Virus record (IMG/VR): IMGVR_UViG_3300005663_000028
Coordinates: 115,554 to 179,553 of that record
DNA from: a virus
Length of the DNA stretch: 64,000 bases
Reading direction: 5' to 3' (one strand)
The translations under genes and the position numbers were made by a program. The notes below the pieces were generated by a model. It worked only from the letters and a program-made list of their open reading frames with translations. It made no database searches and had not been told where the DNA came from. Below, piece by piece: positions 29,475 through 38,761 of the stretch; the first letter of the stretch is position 1, and the number at the start of each line of letters is the position of its first letter.

Positions 29475-29703
29475 GATCCTTATTTTCCACAAGAGCCAAT
29501 AATCTTCTAGCCCATAGAACTTTTCCTGCATTTTGTCCCGCTCTGTATGCCCGCTGGGGAGAGTATTCTGCATAACCACACACTGTACCATTCTTATCCC
29601 TTTTAAGTTGGTCTGACCAACACTGTTTTTCTGCCATCTGCCTAATGTGTTTAACCAATACAATGAACTCATCTGCCATATCTTTATTACGTGCCCATCC
29701 CAT
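29464..29703 (-). CDS. Hypothetical protein
   Basis: SD-preceded ORF. Confidence 0.5.
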   Translation of the reverse strand: MGWARNKDMADEFIVLVKHIRQMAEKQCWSDQLKRDKNGTVCGYAEYSPQRAYRAGQNAGKVLWARRLLALVENKDHEN

Positions 29704-29927
29704 TTTTCTTCTCCTTATGAAATTTTTCTGTTTACAGAAAATTTCTTATCTAGAGTCTGTGACCCCTACACTTTTAACCCGAACATCTATAATATCAAGA
29801 TCGTCTGCGTCCATTTCTGGAAAAAAGTCAGCCCCTTCAAGAGCATATGTGCCGTTAGCTTCTTCGTCTTCGTGAAGCAAAACATCTAGAACTACTCTAT
29901 AATGTACTTTTCTCATATTTTTCTCTC

Positions 29928-30233
29928 TTATTTTGTTAAGCCTCTAGCAAACTGTTTCGCATCAGAAAAGCAGAAAAAATCTTGATACCACGATTGGCGT
30001 TTTGGGGAGATAGACACGGAATAATAGAATCTATTTCCGTATGCATTATATTTTCTTATGGCATAACTTCCATTATTCTGGACTAATTTTCCCCTGGAAT
30101 CGTATTCTCTAATCCAAACTGTTTTACTTCTACCTCTAGTTCGAGACATAAAACAAACCTCCTGGAGAAAACTCCTTAATCTCGAACTCAATCGCTTTCT
30201 CACGGTTTTTGTTTTGGTGAAGAATTTTCCCAT
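29928..30233 (-). CDS. Hypothetical protein (true start probably MSRTRG)
   Basis: Tiled ORF. Confidence 0.45.
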   Translation of the reverse strand: MGKFFTKTKTVRKRLSSRLRSFLQEVCFMSRTRGRSKTVWIREYDSRGKLVQNNGSYAIRKYNAYGNRFYYSVSISPKRQSWYQDFFCFSDAKQFARGLTK

Positions 30234-30390
30234 CTAGAGATAAGACCTGCCAGACTTGTTCGCCTTCATGAAATTCTACGTTTGATGCTTTGTGGACATT
30301 TGTTACTTTACCAATAGCGAACAAGTCGATTTGGTCTGTCCATAAACAGTGAACATCACCTTGGTTATCTATGTCTAAAACCACCTTCAT
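30136..30390 (-). CDS. Small protein of the type seen beside DUF1257/DUF2997 modules
   Basis: VLDIDNQGDVHCLWTDQIDLFAIG...ASNVE pattern, recognised from recall only. Confidence 0.55.
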   Translation of the reverse strand: MKVVLDIDNQGDVHCLWTDQIDLFAIGKVTNVHKASNVEFHEGEQVWQVLSLDGKILHQNKNREKAIEFEIKEFSPGGLFYVSN

Positions 30391-30412
30391 CGATCAGACT
30401 CCACTTTTATTT

Positions 30413-30598
30413 CTATGGTTCAATGCAATATACAACTAACGCTACTATAGAAAGCATCCAAGCGACCAAAATAACTAGGGTTATTTTCCAACTAAAAATC
30501 AATCCTAACAAAGCTAAACAGAGTCCTCCCCCAAAAAGCCAAACACAAATAACGGAGTCCCAAATTTTCATGAGTTTCTTTTTTATTTTACTTTTCAT
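30413..30598 (-). CDS. Small two-TM membrane protein
   Basis: Two hydrophobic segments. Confidence 0.5.
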   Translation of the reverse strand: MKSKIKKKLMKIWDSVICVWLFGGGLCLALLGLIFSWKITLVILVAWMLSIVALVVYCIEP

Positions 30599-30760
30599 TT
30601 TGTTGTTCCCAAGCGTAGTGTCCCGTTCCGAAAGGCCCCCACCCTGTTATCCTTGGTGCTGCCTGAAGTGCCGCACCAAGTGTCCAACTATACCAGACAC
30701 ATAACGATAGTAATCCCGTCTAAAAACATACTTGGCCTAATTTTTTCATATTATTTTCCC

Positions 30761-30985
30761 TTAATAGTCCCACATAGGGACAAATCCAAAAACATCGACT
30801 AATTCCGCTAATAGTTCTGGACCTTCTAAACAATTTTCATCATTTTGCATAACAGATTCACCGTTAAAACATTGAGTTTTAATAAAAAATTCCAAAACTT
30901 TTTCAAAGACTTTATTTTTTGTTTCTTGATCATCGTGATACATAAGATTCAATAGCGATTCTCCCTCAAATGTTCTCATTGTCAT
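30761..30985 (-). CDS. Hypothetical protein
   Basis: Tiled ORF. Confidence 0.5.
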   Translation of the reverse strand: MTMRTFEGESLLNLMYHDDQETKNKVFEKVLEFFIKTQCFNGESVMQNDENCLEGPELLAELVDVFGFVPMWDY

Positions 30986-31181
30986 TTTTTATCCTTTCTT
31001 GTTTGTCCATAGCACTTTCAAGGTCTTTCCCCACCGCTTCCCAATCTTTGCGAATAGTATCCTCATCAGTCACAGACAGTATTTTTTCCGTTTCTGCGAA
31101 TGGACGAGGGTTTTCTTTTGGGAAAATACCGATCTGTGACATAGCTTTCCATAGATTTTTCCAGAACTTTTTAAGGGTCAC
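30966..31181 (-). CDS. Hypothetical protein
   Basis: Coupled ORF. Confidence 0.5.
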   Translation of the reverse strand: MTLKKFWKNLWKAMSQIGIFPKENPRPFAETEKILSVTDEDTIRKDWEAVGKDLESAMDKQERIKNDNENI

Positions 31182-31420
31182 TTTTTCTTTCCTTCATTAG
31201 CTCTTTTTTCAATTTGTCTAATCTCTTCTTGTGAAAGATATTTGTAAGCAGCCATCCTTTGCTCTTTTGCATATTCTACTAAACTACCACAGCTAGCCCC
31301 ACCAAAAACACCTCTGACAAAAAGTTGTGTTCTTGCCGACAGATCGTCTGTATCGTATTTGTCTATAACGAATGTGGTGAATTCAGCTAATGCATAGGCT
31401 ATTTTATCGACAGACATCAT
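31178..31420 (-). CDS. Hypothetical protein
   Basis: Tiled ORF. Confidence 0.5.
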   Translation of the reverse strand: MMSVDKIAYALAEFTTFVIDKYDTDDLSARTQLFVRGVFGGASCGSLVEYAKEQRMAAYKYLSQEEIRQIEKRANEGKKK

Positions 31421-32930
31421 TAATTGTCCCTTTTTGGTTTGTTATAGTAAAATCGACATTTGTTCGAAATTCATTAATATCAGAACATCCAGCATACGAT
31501 ATTCCCGACCTTAAAGAACCTGCATATCTTTTAAGTAACTTTTCTAATGATTCTCCTAGTGGAAGGTATTTTACGCAACCTTCCGGGGCGTCATTACTTA
31601 CTGAGCCTCTCCATTTTTCTTGTACTAATCTACTGGCCATTCCTGCATAGATTTTTTCTCCGTGTTCATTTAACAAGGCGGCACTTTCCGGGCATGAAGC
31701 AAAAATCTTACCAGCCATTACACTCGATGAGCCTGCGGCTATTGCCTTAACAAAGTCTGCTGGTTCCCTAATTCCTCCATCGCTAATTATTGGTAATCCG
31801 TAGGTTCTAGAGGCTGTTATACATTTCTGGATGGCTGAAAATTGTTTCTCCGTTACACCTGCCGTATTTTTGGTTTCACAAACAAATCCTTGTGCTATCC
31901 CAACCTTTACGGCCGATGCAAAGTCTGCGCTTTCTGCGAACAAACCTGGGTTAATTGTATTTCCAACTACGATATGAACGTTTGGTGCAAACTGTTTAAT
32001 TAGACGGCCAAGTTCTATAACAGGTTCACAATATCCATGCGCTACATCAATAAAAATAATATTAGCATTAGCCCGAATGAGCTTCTTGGCTAGATCAAAT
32101 TGTGAAACACCGATACCTACCGAAACCGCTACCCATCTGTTGTTTTTATGTATTTGGTTAGTCCATTTTTCCAACACGTTATCAGAAGAGGCCCTATGGA
32201 GAACCCCCATAGCTCCTAATTTTTCTAATAAAATACAAAATTCAGGGTTGGTTACAGTGCTCATGTTAGAAGCAATTAATGGAATATCTAATTCAACACC
32301 TCTTATTATTTCGGATACAATATTTACATTAGACCGTGATTGAACTACTGATTTTTTTTGAAGAATACTGACGTCTTCGAATCCGAGAGATATTGGTGTT
32401 GTCGACATTTTGATAGAGGGGTTAATAAAATATTCACAAGTACTATGGTCAAAATGAATAATACCCCGACCGACGAGATCAAAAGCAATTTTTTCCAATT
32501 TTGAATGTAATTTTCTATGGTTGGAATTACTTGATACGGCACAGAGGTTTGTCAATGAGTTATCGTCTTTTCGGCCGTTAATGTGGTGGATTATCCACCC
32601 ATTATCTATCAAATTAAACCCCGTGGTTTCTTCCATAACTAGATGGTGTTCCCCAATATAGCGTTTTCGTCTTTCATCCCAAATCATTATGTAATTACCA
32701 GGCTTACCGGCCTTGATTTTCCTACCGAATCTGGTTTTTATTTTTTGGTTGTCCCTGCTTCTGGAGCATGGTCCACACAAATCCTTTCCCCATTTTTCCC
32801 TAGAATCTTTGGCTTTTCTCCACTGTGGTTTACTTTCTGTCCCACAAGAGTCACATATCTTTAATACTAGGTATGTTCTCTTTAATGTTGAAAAGTCGTT
32901 TATTGTTTTATTATCAAGTGTTTTGATCAT
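31404..32930 (-). CDS. In-frame fusion of Zn-finger/HNH endonuclease (aa 1-174) with IMPDH/GMP-reductase family enzyme (aa 175-508)
   Basis: N-part CDSC/CGPC, EHHLVME...HHINGRKDDN..TNL; C-part IPLIASNMSTV, IDVAHG, GIAQGFVCET (catalytic Cys), DGGIR, YAGMAS, PEG. No CBS domains; flap lacks the IMPDH Arg-Tyr dyad, so closer to GuaC. Confidence 0.85.
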   Translation of the reverse strand: MIKTLDNKTINDFSTLKRTYLVLKICDSCGTESKPQWRKAKDSREKWGKDLCGPCSRSRDNQKIKTRFGRKIKAGKPGNYIMIWDERRKRYIGEHHLVMEETTGFNLIDNGWIIHHINGRKDDNSLTNLCAVSSNSNHRKLHSKLEKIAFDLVGRGIIHFDHSTCEYFINPSIKMSTTPISLGFEDVSILQKKSVVQSRSNVNIVSEIIRGVELDIPLIASNMSTVTNPEFCILLEKLGAMGVLHRASSDNVLEKWTNQIHKNNRWVAVSVGIGVSQFDLAKKLIRANANIIFIDVAHGYCEPVIELGRLIKQFAPNVHIVVGNTINPGLFAESADFASAVKVGIAQGFVCETKNTAGVTEKQFSAIQKCITASRTYGLPIISDGGIREPADFVKAIAAGSSSVMAGKIFASCPESAALLNEHGEKIYAGMASRLVQEKWRGSVSNDAPEGCVKYLPLGESLEKLLKRYAGSLRSGISYAGCSDINEFRTNVDFTITNQKGTINDVCR

Positions 32931-33043
32931 GTTGTTGCTTCAGCTAGTCTGATAATTATATTCTGGGTCTTGTTCGAATTCAGAGAAGGTCGTTGCGGGA
33001 CCAGCAAGATGTCGTTAAAACAAAGATCGTGTTGTTCAGTCAT
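32927..33043 (-). pseudogene. Remnant 5' end of the original guaB/guaC gene (38 aa)
   Basis: MTEQHDLCFNDILLVPQRPSL... matches the L.FDDVLLVP..S N-terminal motif; TAATG- and ATGA-coupled on both sides. Confidence 0.75.
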
Positions 33044-33300
33044 TAGTCAATTTTCCATTTCTTGTTTTTCCCAAGGGTTAGTCCTAACGCGAAAGCTCTC
33101 ACTTCGTCTAGAGATTGAAATACCCCCATTTTAGTTTCACATCTTGGGTCTTGGCTATCCATCATAGACTGCCATTTGTTTATATACCTACTATCTCCCA
33201 CAATAAAGTTTTGATTATTTAAGATATCAAGGAAATAACAGTTTCTTCTCAGTTCGTCTTGTAATCGACGAAATCTAATTACCGTGGTAGAGTCGTACAT
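33043..33300 (-). CDS. Hypothetical protein
   Basis: SD-preceded ORF. Confidence 0.5.
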   Translation of the reverse strand: MYDSTTVIRFRRLQDELRRNCYFLDILNNQNFIVGDSRYINKWQSMMDSQDPRCETKMGVFQSLDEVRAFALGLTLGKNKKWKID

Positions 33301-33312
33301 TTGTTTCTCTCC

Positions 33313-33741
33313 TTAAAGTTTTATTTTTCTTACCAACGAATATTTCTTTTTGTCTGTTGGTTTCGGTTTGGGATTTTTGACGGCGTACTCGGATGCATAA
33401 TTTTTACCACCATGCCCTTCAACCACATTCAATACACTGTCTCCCGGTGCCGCTGCTGGTGCCCCCGCACACATTTTGAAAAATTGTTCTGGACTTATTA
33501 AGTCTATTCCTAAATATCGAGCAATTTTTGCCTTAGCAGACATGCTTGCCGGGTCAGCTATAACCAGTATAGTTGTTTTACTAGTTACTGTTTTGGTTGT
33601 TGACGCATTGGCAGCTACTGCTATGGCCTCCATTTCGCTACGAGGTTTAGGACTTTTACCTGTGAAGCAGAATATTGCTGGCTTTATGGCTCCAGTACTG
33701 TCATTCAAAAATTGCATTGGCATTTCTATTCTGGTCCCCAA
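33313..33741 (-). CDS. Stand-alone BRCT-domain protein
   Basis: FCFTGKSPKPRSEM...TVTSKTTILVI...SAKAKIARYLGIDLIS, like the NAD-ligase BRCT. Confidence 0.8.
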   Translation of the reverse strand: MGTRIEMPMQFLNDSTGAIKPAIFCFTGKSPKPRSEMEAIAVAANASTTKTVTSKTTILVIADPASMSAKAKIARYLGIDLISPEQFFKMCAGAPAAAPGDSVLNVVEGHGGKNYASEYAVKNPKPKPTDKKKYSLVRKIKL

Positions 33742-33929
33742 CTGTATGACTTAAGAACCTTTCCATCTCTTTTAACCTCGAACGATCCACTACCATCTGC
33801 ATTTATAGTGGTTGAGGAGAATGTTCTCCAAGTATCCGCTTTACCCGTAGCCGATTGACTACCGAGTCTACTAGACCCTTTACACCTATTTGCATCATAT
33901 CCAAAAGCTCTTGCTCTACATTTAGCCAT
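33726..33929 (-). CDS. Hypothetical protein
   Basis: SD-preceded ORF. Confidence 0.5.
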   Translation of the reverse strand: MAKCRARAFGYDANRCKGSSRLGSQSATGKADTWRTFSSTTINADGSGSFEVKRDGKVLKSYSWGPE

Positions 33930-33940
33930 AACAATTCTCC

Positions 33941-34357
33941 TTACCTATATCCAGTAATCTCAACCCTTTGGTGACCACTCTCAGGGCATCGCTCTCTAGT
34001 GACGGTCCGCCCCATCTCTTCTTGGTCTAGCTTCAGTTTATGAAACGCATAATTTTGCCTGAGTTGCCCAACCCATTTTGCCCCATACCTAGTGGAGTCA
34101 TATTCTGAGATAATGGCTTGATATGTTTCTTCTTCGGTTTTTGCGAAACCCAAATCATTAGACATGTCTCCGACATGTCTCTTTCGGATTATGATATGGG
34201 CCTTCTCTGCCCTCTCGTCATCTTTCCAGCCAACGAGAGACTGAGGGGTAGCATGTACCTCTATTTGGTCGAGGCTCCACTTACCAGTTTCCATTAAAGC
34301 AGCGACTAATGCTGTTTTGTCGGTAAAAACGGTCTTTACTATGCAATATCTTGACAC
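33941..34357 (-). CDS. DUF1257-family protein
   Basis: GTG 34357 after GGAG; SRYCIVKTVFTDKTALVAAL...DLGF...YQAIISEYD...QNYA. Confidence 0.7.
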   Translation of the reverse strand: MSRYCIVKTVFTDKTALVAALMETGKWSLDQIEVHATPQSLVGWKDDERAEKAHIIIRKRHVGDMSNDLGFAKTEEETYQAIISEYDSTRYGAKWVGQLRQNYAFHKLKLDQEEMGRTVTRERCPESGHQRVEITGYR

Positions 34358-34358
34358 G

Positions 34359-35390
34359 TTATTCTCCTTGGTTTTTGAGGTACCGGGCTCTTGCAAAAGC
34401 ATTTAGGGGTGGAATTACCACCCCATTACATTCACAATTATTCTGTAATTCTCCACAGTCTGAGCAAAATGAGTCATCGCAACGACAGGGATAAAAATCA
34501 CAATCACCACACCATTCGTCGTCGTCATTATCATTCCATTTCTTTATCCCCGCACGAGGGTACCATTTACAGACAGTGGAATCATTTTGAAGGACATCAC
34601 CGCATCTGCACCTACGTGGAGATACCACTTTGGGATCGTCAGGACAGACACAGTCGAATCCGTGGCAATCTTCACATAGTTCGTCGCAGATACACACATC
34701 TTCGAGACAAACATCGCACCAAGGATCATTTTCATCACTGTCGTCTAGACAATCGGTACACCATACCTCTCCCTTTTCACGATCCATAATACCACAAAGA
34801 TTGCACCCGGCGTTATCTTTGTCGAGCCCGCATAAACATTGACAATGAACATCGTCTACGAAACCACAATCACAGTCAAGGAAATCATCTAGACAGCTTT
34901 TACAGATGAATCTGCCGTCAGTTGTTTTCCTTGCAATACTACAAACGGAACATCCCCTACCCTCACAGCAGTCACTTACGCTATCACTACATTCGATACA
35001 ACAATCATTGTCTTCGTCACAGAGACAGTCACAATCATGGTCACTATTGTGACCCGAGCAATCAATGAATCTTTGGTGACATTTATCGCATGTGTCGTCT
35101 GCTATACATTCTTCGCATAGTTTTTTGTTACCATCAGCCAAACTTCCGTTACAATCGACACAAGTTCCTCGATAGACTTCGTCAGCATCAGCTTTGCACT
35201 GATCATCTTGACTACATTCGGGACACTCACATCGACCAGCCATAAACTCGTTAATACTGGTCAATAAATCATGGATCGCTATCGCGTCGGGAGTGTTGAC
35301 CCCTTCTGATGTGCGAATCCAACCGTGGTCCCATATTCTTTGGAATTCCTGAAATAAAGACGTCGCTACTTGAATATTACTTTTTACCAT
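34359..35390 (-). CDS. Cys/Asp-rich multi-CxxC protein
   Basis: About 50 Cys in 343 aa as CxxC and CxC units. Confidence 0.65.
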   Translation of the reverse strand: MVKSNIQVATSLFQEFQRIWDHGWIRTSEGVNTPDAIAIHDLLTSINEFMAGRCECPECSQDDQCKADADEVYRGTCVDCNGSLADGNKKLCEECIADDTCDKCHQRFIDCSGHNSDHDCDCLCDEDNDCCIECSDSVSDCCEGRGCSVCSIARKTTDGRFICKSCLDDFLDCDCGFVDDVHCQCLCGLDKDNAGCNLCGIMDREKGEVWCTDCLDDSDENDPWCDVCLEDVCICDELCEDCHGFDCVCPDDPKVVSPRRCRCGDVLQNDSTVCKWYPRAGIKKWNDNDDDEWCGDCDFYPCRCDDSFCSDCGELQNNCECNGVVIPPLNAFARARYLKNQGE

Positions 35391-35401
35391 TTTTTCTCTC
35401 C

Positions 35402-35662
35402 TTAAAGTTCCGAGGGTTTTTGAAATTTACGTGGTTTAGGATTTTTGTTTTCCCATTGTAGTAAGCCTGTTTTTATTTCTGCCTCCATTTGTTCTTTTAG
35501 TTTTTGAACTATTTTTAATCTTTGTTTATGCTTTTTATCATCCCATTTAACAAACTCTGATGTGAGCTTTTTCTTTCCGTTACAGTACCCACACCGTACA
35601 GAGCGGTGCCCCAACCTTGTTTTTCCTTGTCCGTAACACTCGGGACAATTCCTAATTTTCAT
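35402..35662 (-). CDS. Hypothetical protein with DnaJ-type Zn finger
   Basis: CPECYGQG...CGYCNG. Confidence 0.55.
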   Translation of the reverse strand: MKIRNCPECYGQGKTRLGHRSVRCGYCNGKKKLTSEFVKWDDKKHKQRLKIVQKLKEQMEAEIKTGLLQWENKNPKPRKFQKPSEL

Positions 35663-36651
35663 AATATGATCCTTCGTTTGAGTTCCCCAAGGAACCCACC
35701 TGCATTTTCACCCTCTGCCGCCGCCTTTTGTCTAATCGAGTTTAGCGCATTTGTTACTCCATCCTGCACTGTGGTTGATTCGAAATCTTCAGGAGATGCT
35801 GTAGAGTCCAGAAACATTTCGCTAAACTCTGTGAGCATTTTTTCTATGTCTTGGTCTTCAAAGATATTCATCTTCCGGAAACGATCGACGTACTTGCGAT
35901 AGCTGGTAATTGACCTAGCTGTTAGTTTCTTGCTCTTCTCCTCATCCTTGTAAGGTTGGCCACTGACACGGGCGGTCATCATGTCACAGAATTCGATCGT
36001 TTCTTGTCGCATGGCGGCTACATATTCGCCTACGAATTTCTCCACCTCTTTCTGCATTTGTTGTCGAAGTTCTTTTTCTCGTTCTATCTGGATTTTTTGT
36101 TTCGCCGAAACTTCCTCGACTGTGGTTTCTTGGATTGATCCAATCCCAGCTATTTGGAACAAATACCAATCGAACTTATATCGCTTTCTGAGGTGCTTTG
36201 TGCTTGCCGGGTAGTTTCCCTTGAGACATTTTTCCCAAAAATCAGGATGATCCTCCTTTATTTTACCAACGGTGTCGTCGAATCTGACCATGAAGCTGTC
36301 TACCCTATTGAAAAATTCCTCTTTGAGGTCTTTCAACTGTTGCTCTACGGTAGTTAGAATGTTGTTCGGTACAAAATGGGCGCTAGCCACGCAAAACGGG
36401 ATTGACCATTGTTCCAGAATCTTCCTTGCTTTTTGACTTATCTGGTCAAAGGCTTGAAGCTCTTCCTTTGGCACCATTAATTTTCTGCCGAGGTTGACTA
36501 TGTCGCTTGGAAGATTCTCTTGGTTTTCATATCCCATCTTGACGAGGTCTGCTCGTGTTAGCATTTTGCGTCCGCTCCACACCCCTATCTTAAGATTGAC
36601 GAGTGTTCCAAGTTCAAACAGATTGATTGTGTTTTTGTCTGTCGTTGTCAT
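35659..36651 (-). CDS. DUF3150-like protein
   Basis: LVNLKIGVWSGRKML...LGRKLMVP...F.FDW.LFQI; recall-level family match. Confidence 0.6.
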   Translation of the reverse strand: MTTTDKNTINLFELGTLVNLKIGVWSGRKMLTRADLVKMGYENQENLPSDIVNLGRKLMVPKEELQAFDQISQKARKILEQWSIPFCVASAHFVPNNILTTVEQQLKDLKEEFFNRVDSFMVRFDDTVGKIKEDHPDFWEKCLKGNYPASTKHLRKRYKFDWYLFQIAGIGSIQETTVEEVSAKQKIQIEREKELRQQMQKEVEKFVGEYVAAMRQETIEFCDMMTARVSGQPYKDEEKSKKLTARSITSYRKYVDRFRKMNIFEDQDIEKMLTEFSEMFLDSTASPEDFESTTVQDGVTNALNSIRQKAAAEGENAGGFLGELKRRIIL

Positions 36652-36660
36652 TTTTTTATC

Positions 36661-38244
36661 CTAGTTTGAGTTAGGGTCTCCATTACTCAATACAATTTTT
36701 CTACCTTCTGCTTTTGGTTGAGGATTCTCCTTATGGGGATTTGCGGGCTTCGCGTGTTTTTTGCACCACATTCTTATTGAACCAATACGATCCGATTCAG
36801 TTACTGATAGTGGTATAATTTCTCCTATTGCTTGTATCAGGTGTTTTTGCTTAAGCTTTTTATCATTTCCAAATGCTATCTTTAAGGACACCTTAACTAT
36901 TTGTTCTATATCGGCTCCCGTACACCCAGGAGTGGCAATTGCCAGTTTTGTAATATCTAAATCTTTTGATATTTTATTTCTTTTGGAAAGATGGATATTG
37001 AATATTTCTTGACGCTCTCCTTCGCTCGGCAGGTCTAATCCAAAAATTTCATCGAACCGCCCTTTGCGACAAAATTCTGGAGGCAGTGACTGGACCTGAT
37101 TAGCTGTCGCTATTACATAGACAGGGGATGTTTTATCATTTAGCCATTTCAGAAATATTCCAAAGACCCTACGAGAAGAACCTCCATCTGAATCTCCGGT
37201 TCCTCCGAAGCCTTTTTCTATCTCGTCCAAAACAAGTACACAAGGAGCGATAGTCTCAAGCATCCTGATAGCATCTCTCATATTAGACTCTGATTCCCCA
37301 ACATACTTATTCATAATACTACCAACGTCGAGCGAAATAAGTGGTAAGCCAAGTTCAGAAGCAACGGCCAGAGAGAGTAATGTTTTTCCACAGCCAGGAA
37401 TACCGACGAGCATCAATCCTTTAGGAAACTCAATACCAAAATCCCTTGCCTCTTGGGTGAAGCAGGGTTGATCTAATCGAATGTGTTGTTTCAACGCTTC
37501 ATAACCACCAACACTATCTAAACCACCTTCTGGGGGTTCTATGTAGGTAAGCAACCCAGACGCACGAATTATGGCAGCTTTTTCCCTAATTATTGTTTGG
37601 ACTGCATCGACATTCAGGTCTTTATGTTTTCTCAACGCCAACGCAACTCTGTCTGCCACCTGCTGAGTAATCATTCCTTGACACGCATCGATAATTTGTG
37701 GTAAGATTTCTGGATCGGGTTCAAATTTACCCCCGTCTTCTGTTTCCACACTACGACATACATAAGAGATTCGTTCTGCTATCTGCTTTTTGTCTGGTAG
37801 ACTGAATTCAATAGTTGTTATGTCATGAAGTAACTGTTTGGGTACATGGAAATCCGGTCCGACGAAAACGATGGTTTGTTCTACGGACGATATTATTTTG
37901 CGCAGATCATCTAAATATCCTATGGCCATGTCGTGTTTTGAGTACTTGCCTTGTTGTAGATAGAGTCCAAAATCTCTTAAAACACAAACGGTTTTCTCTG
38001 GGAACCCAAGAATTGCTGGTAAATGATCCTCGACGGGCACCTTCGACTTAGGAGCCCCGCTTACCGCTATTCCTCCTTCGTCAATCCATCCCTGGGAGAT
38101 GGACCACACAAAGACTTTCCTGTCAATTTCTGCCGCCGCCTCTGCAATTTCAGCAATAGCCCTGTCTTTTTCAAAGGTATCTACATTCAACAAAGCATGA
38201 CCCGAAAGTATGTAATCGATAAGGTCTTCTTTGAAATTTCCCAT
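36661..38244 (-). CDS. Ycf46-like tandem AAA+ ATPase
   Basis: Degenerate N-terminal AAA; SVGGYEALK, GIPGCGKT, LDEIEK, TANQ...LPPEFCRKGRFDE. Confidence 0.88.
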   Translation of the reverse strand: MGNFKEDLIDYILSGHALLNVDTFEKDRAIAEIAEAAAEIDRKVFVWSISQGWIDEGGIAVSGAPKSKVPVEDHLPAILGFPEKTVCVLRDFGLYLQQGKYSKHDMAIGYLDDLRKIISSVEQTIVFVGPDFHVPKQLLHDITTIEFSLPDKKQIAERISYVCRSVETEDGGKFEPDPEILPQIIDACQGMITQQVADRVALALRKHKDLNVDAVQTIIREKAAIIRASGLLTYIEPPEGGLDSVGGYEALKQHIRLDQPCFTQEARDFGIEFPKGLMLVGIPGCGKTLLSLAVASELGLPLISLDVGSIMNKYVGESESNMRDAIRMLETIAPCVLVLDEIEKGFGGTGDSDGGSSRRVFGIFLKWLNDKTSPVYVIATANQVQSLPPEFCRKGRFDEIFGLDLPSEGERQEIFNIHLSKRNKISKDLDITKLAIATPGCTGADIEQIVKVSLKIAFGNDKKLKQKHLIQAIGEIIPLSVTESDRIGSIRMWCKKHAKPANPHKENPQPKAEGRKIVLSNGDPNSN

Positions 38245-38291
38245 AGAAAAATCTCCATATGTTTGTTTAGTTAATTAAAGGAATCTTGTAC

Positions 38292-38507
38292 TCAAGATTC
38301 CAGGAGTGAACGGACTTGGAAAAGCTCATTTCGAGTAGAGAAGACATCAAACCCCAAATCTTTCACCAGTAACGATAGGTGCTCCAATAACACCTCTATA
38401 TCATCCTCGTGTTTGGCAGATTTCTTTCTGCTTATCAGACTATCAGGCCCGATATCCTCTCGATTAAGGATTTCCCTCAATTTGGCTTTTATTTGCTTCT
38501 GATCCAT
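38292..38507 (-). CDS. Small helical protein, probably leaderless; paralog of 40442-40747
   Basis: ATG at predicted +1 of promoter copy 3; LGFDVFSTRNELFQVRSLLE. Confidence 0.55.
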   Translation of the reverse strand: MDQKQIKAKLREILNREDIGPDSLISRKKSAKHEDDIEVLLEHLSLLVKDLGFDVFSTRNELFQVRSLLES

Positions 38508-38510
38508 CAC

Positions 38511-38548
38511 CTTATTATACGTCCAACTCCTTTTTTTGTTTCATAAAT
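38511..38548 (-). promoter_or_regulatory. Conserved phage promoter copy 3 (no operator)
   Basis: Minus strand GAAACAAAAAAAGGAGTTGGACG-TATAAT-AAG; same CAAAAAA..GAGTT.G..GTA.A.TAAG core as copies 1 and 2. Confidence 0.6.
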
Positions 38549-38563
38549 CCTAGCTTTTCTTTT

Positions 38564-38761
38564 TCATGAGTTCTCGGACCTGGACTGCGGAACAACCGAA
38601 CCTTCATCATTCCTGAAAAGCCCTATCTTCCCCAACACGACTTTTTCTGTCTGGCTACCCCCATCACACCCACTAATCTCAACCCAATGAGTATGACAAA
38701 GGTTTTTCCCGATATACTTGTAATCGGACATATTCCGACATCGGGGGAAGTCACATATCAT
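38564..38761 (-). CDS. Hypothetical protein
   Basis: CDFPRC...LCHTH. Confidence 0.5.
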   Translation of the reverse strand: MICDFPRCRNMSDYKYIGKNLCHTHWVEISGCDGGSQTEKVVLGKIGLFRNDEGSVVPQSRSENS

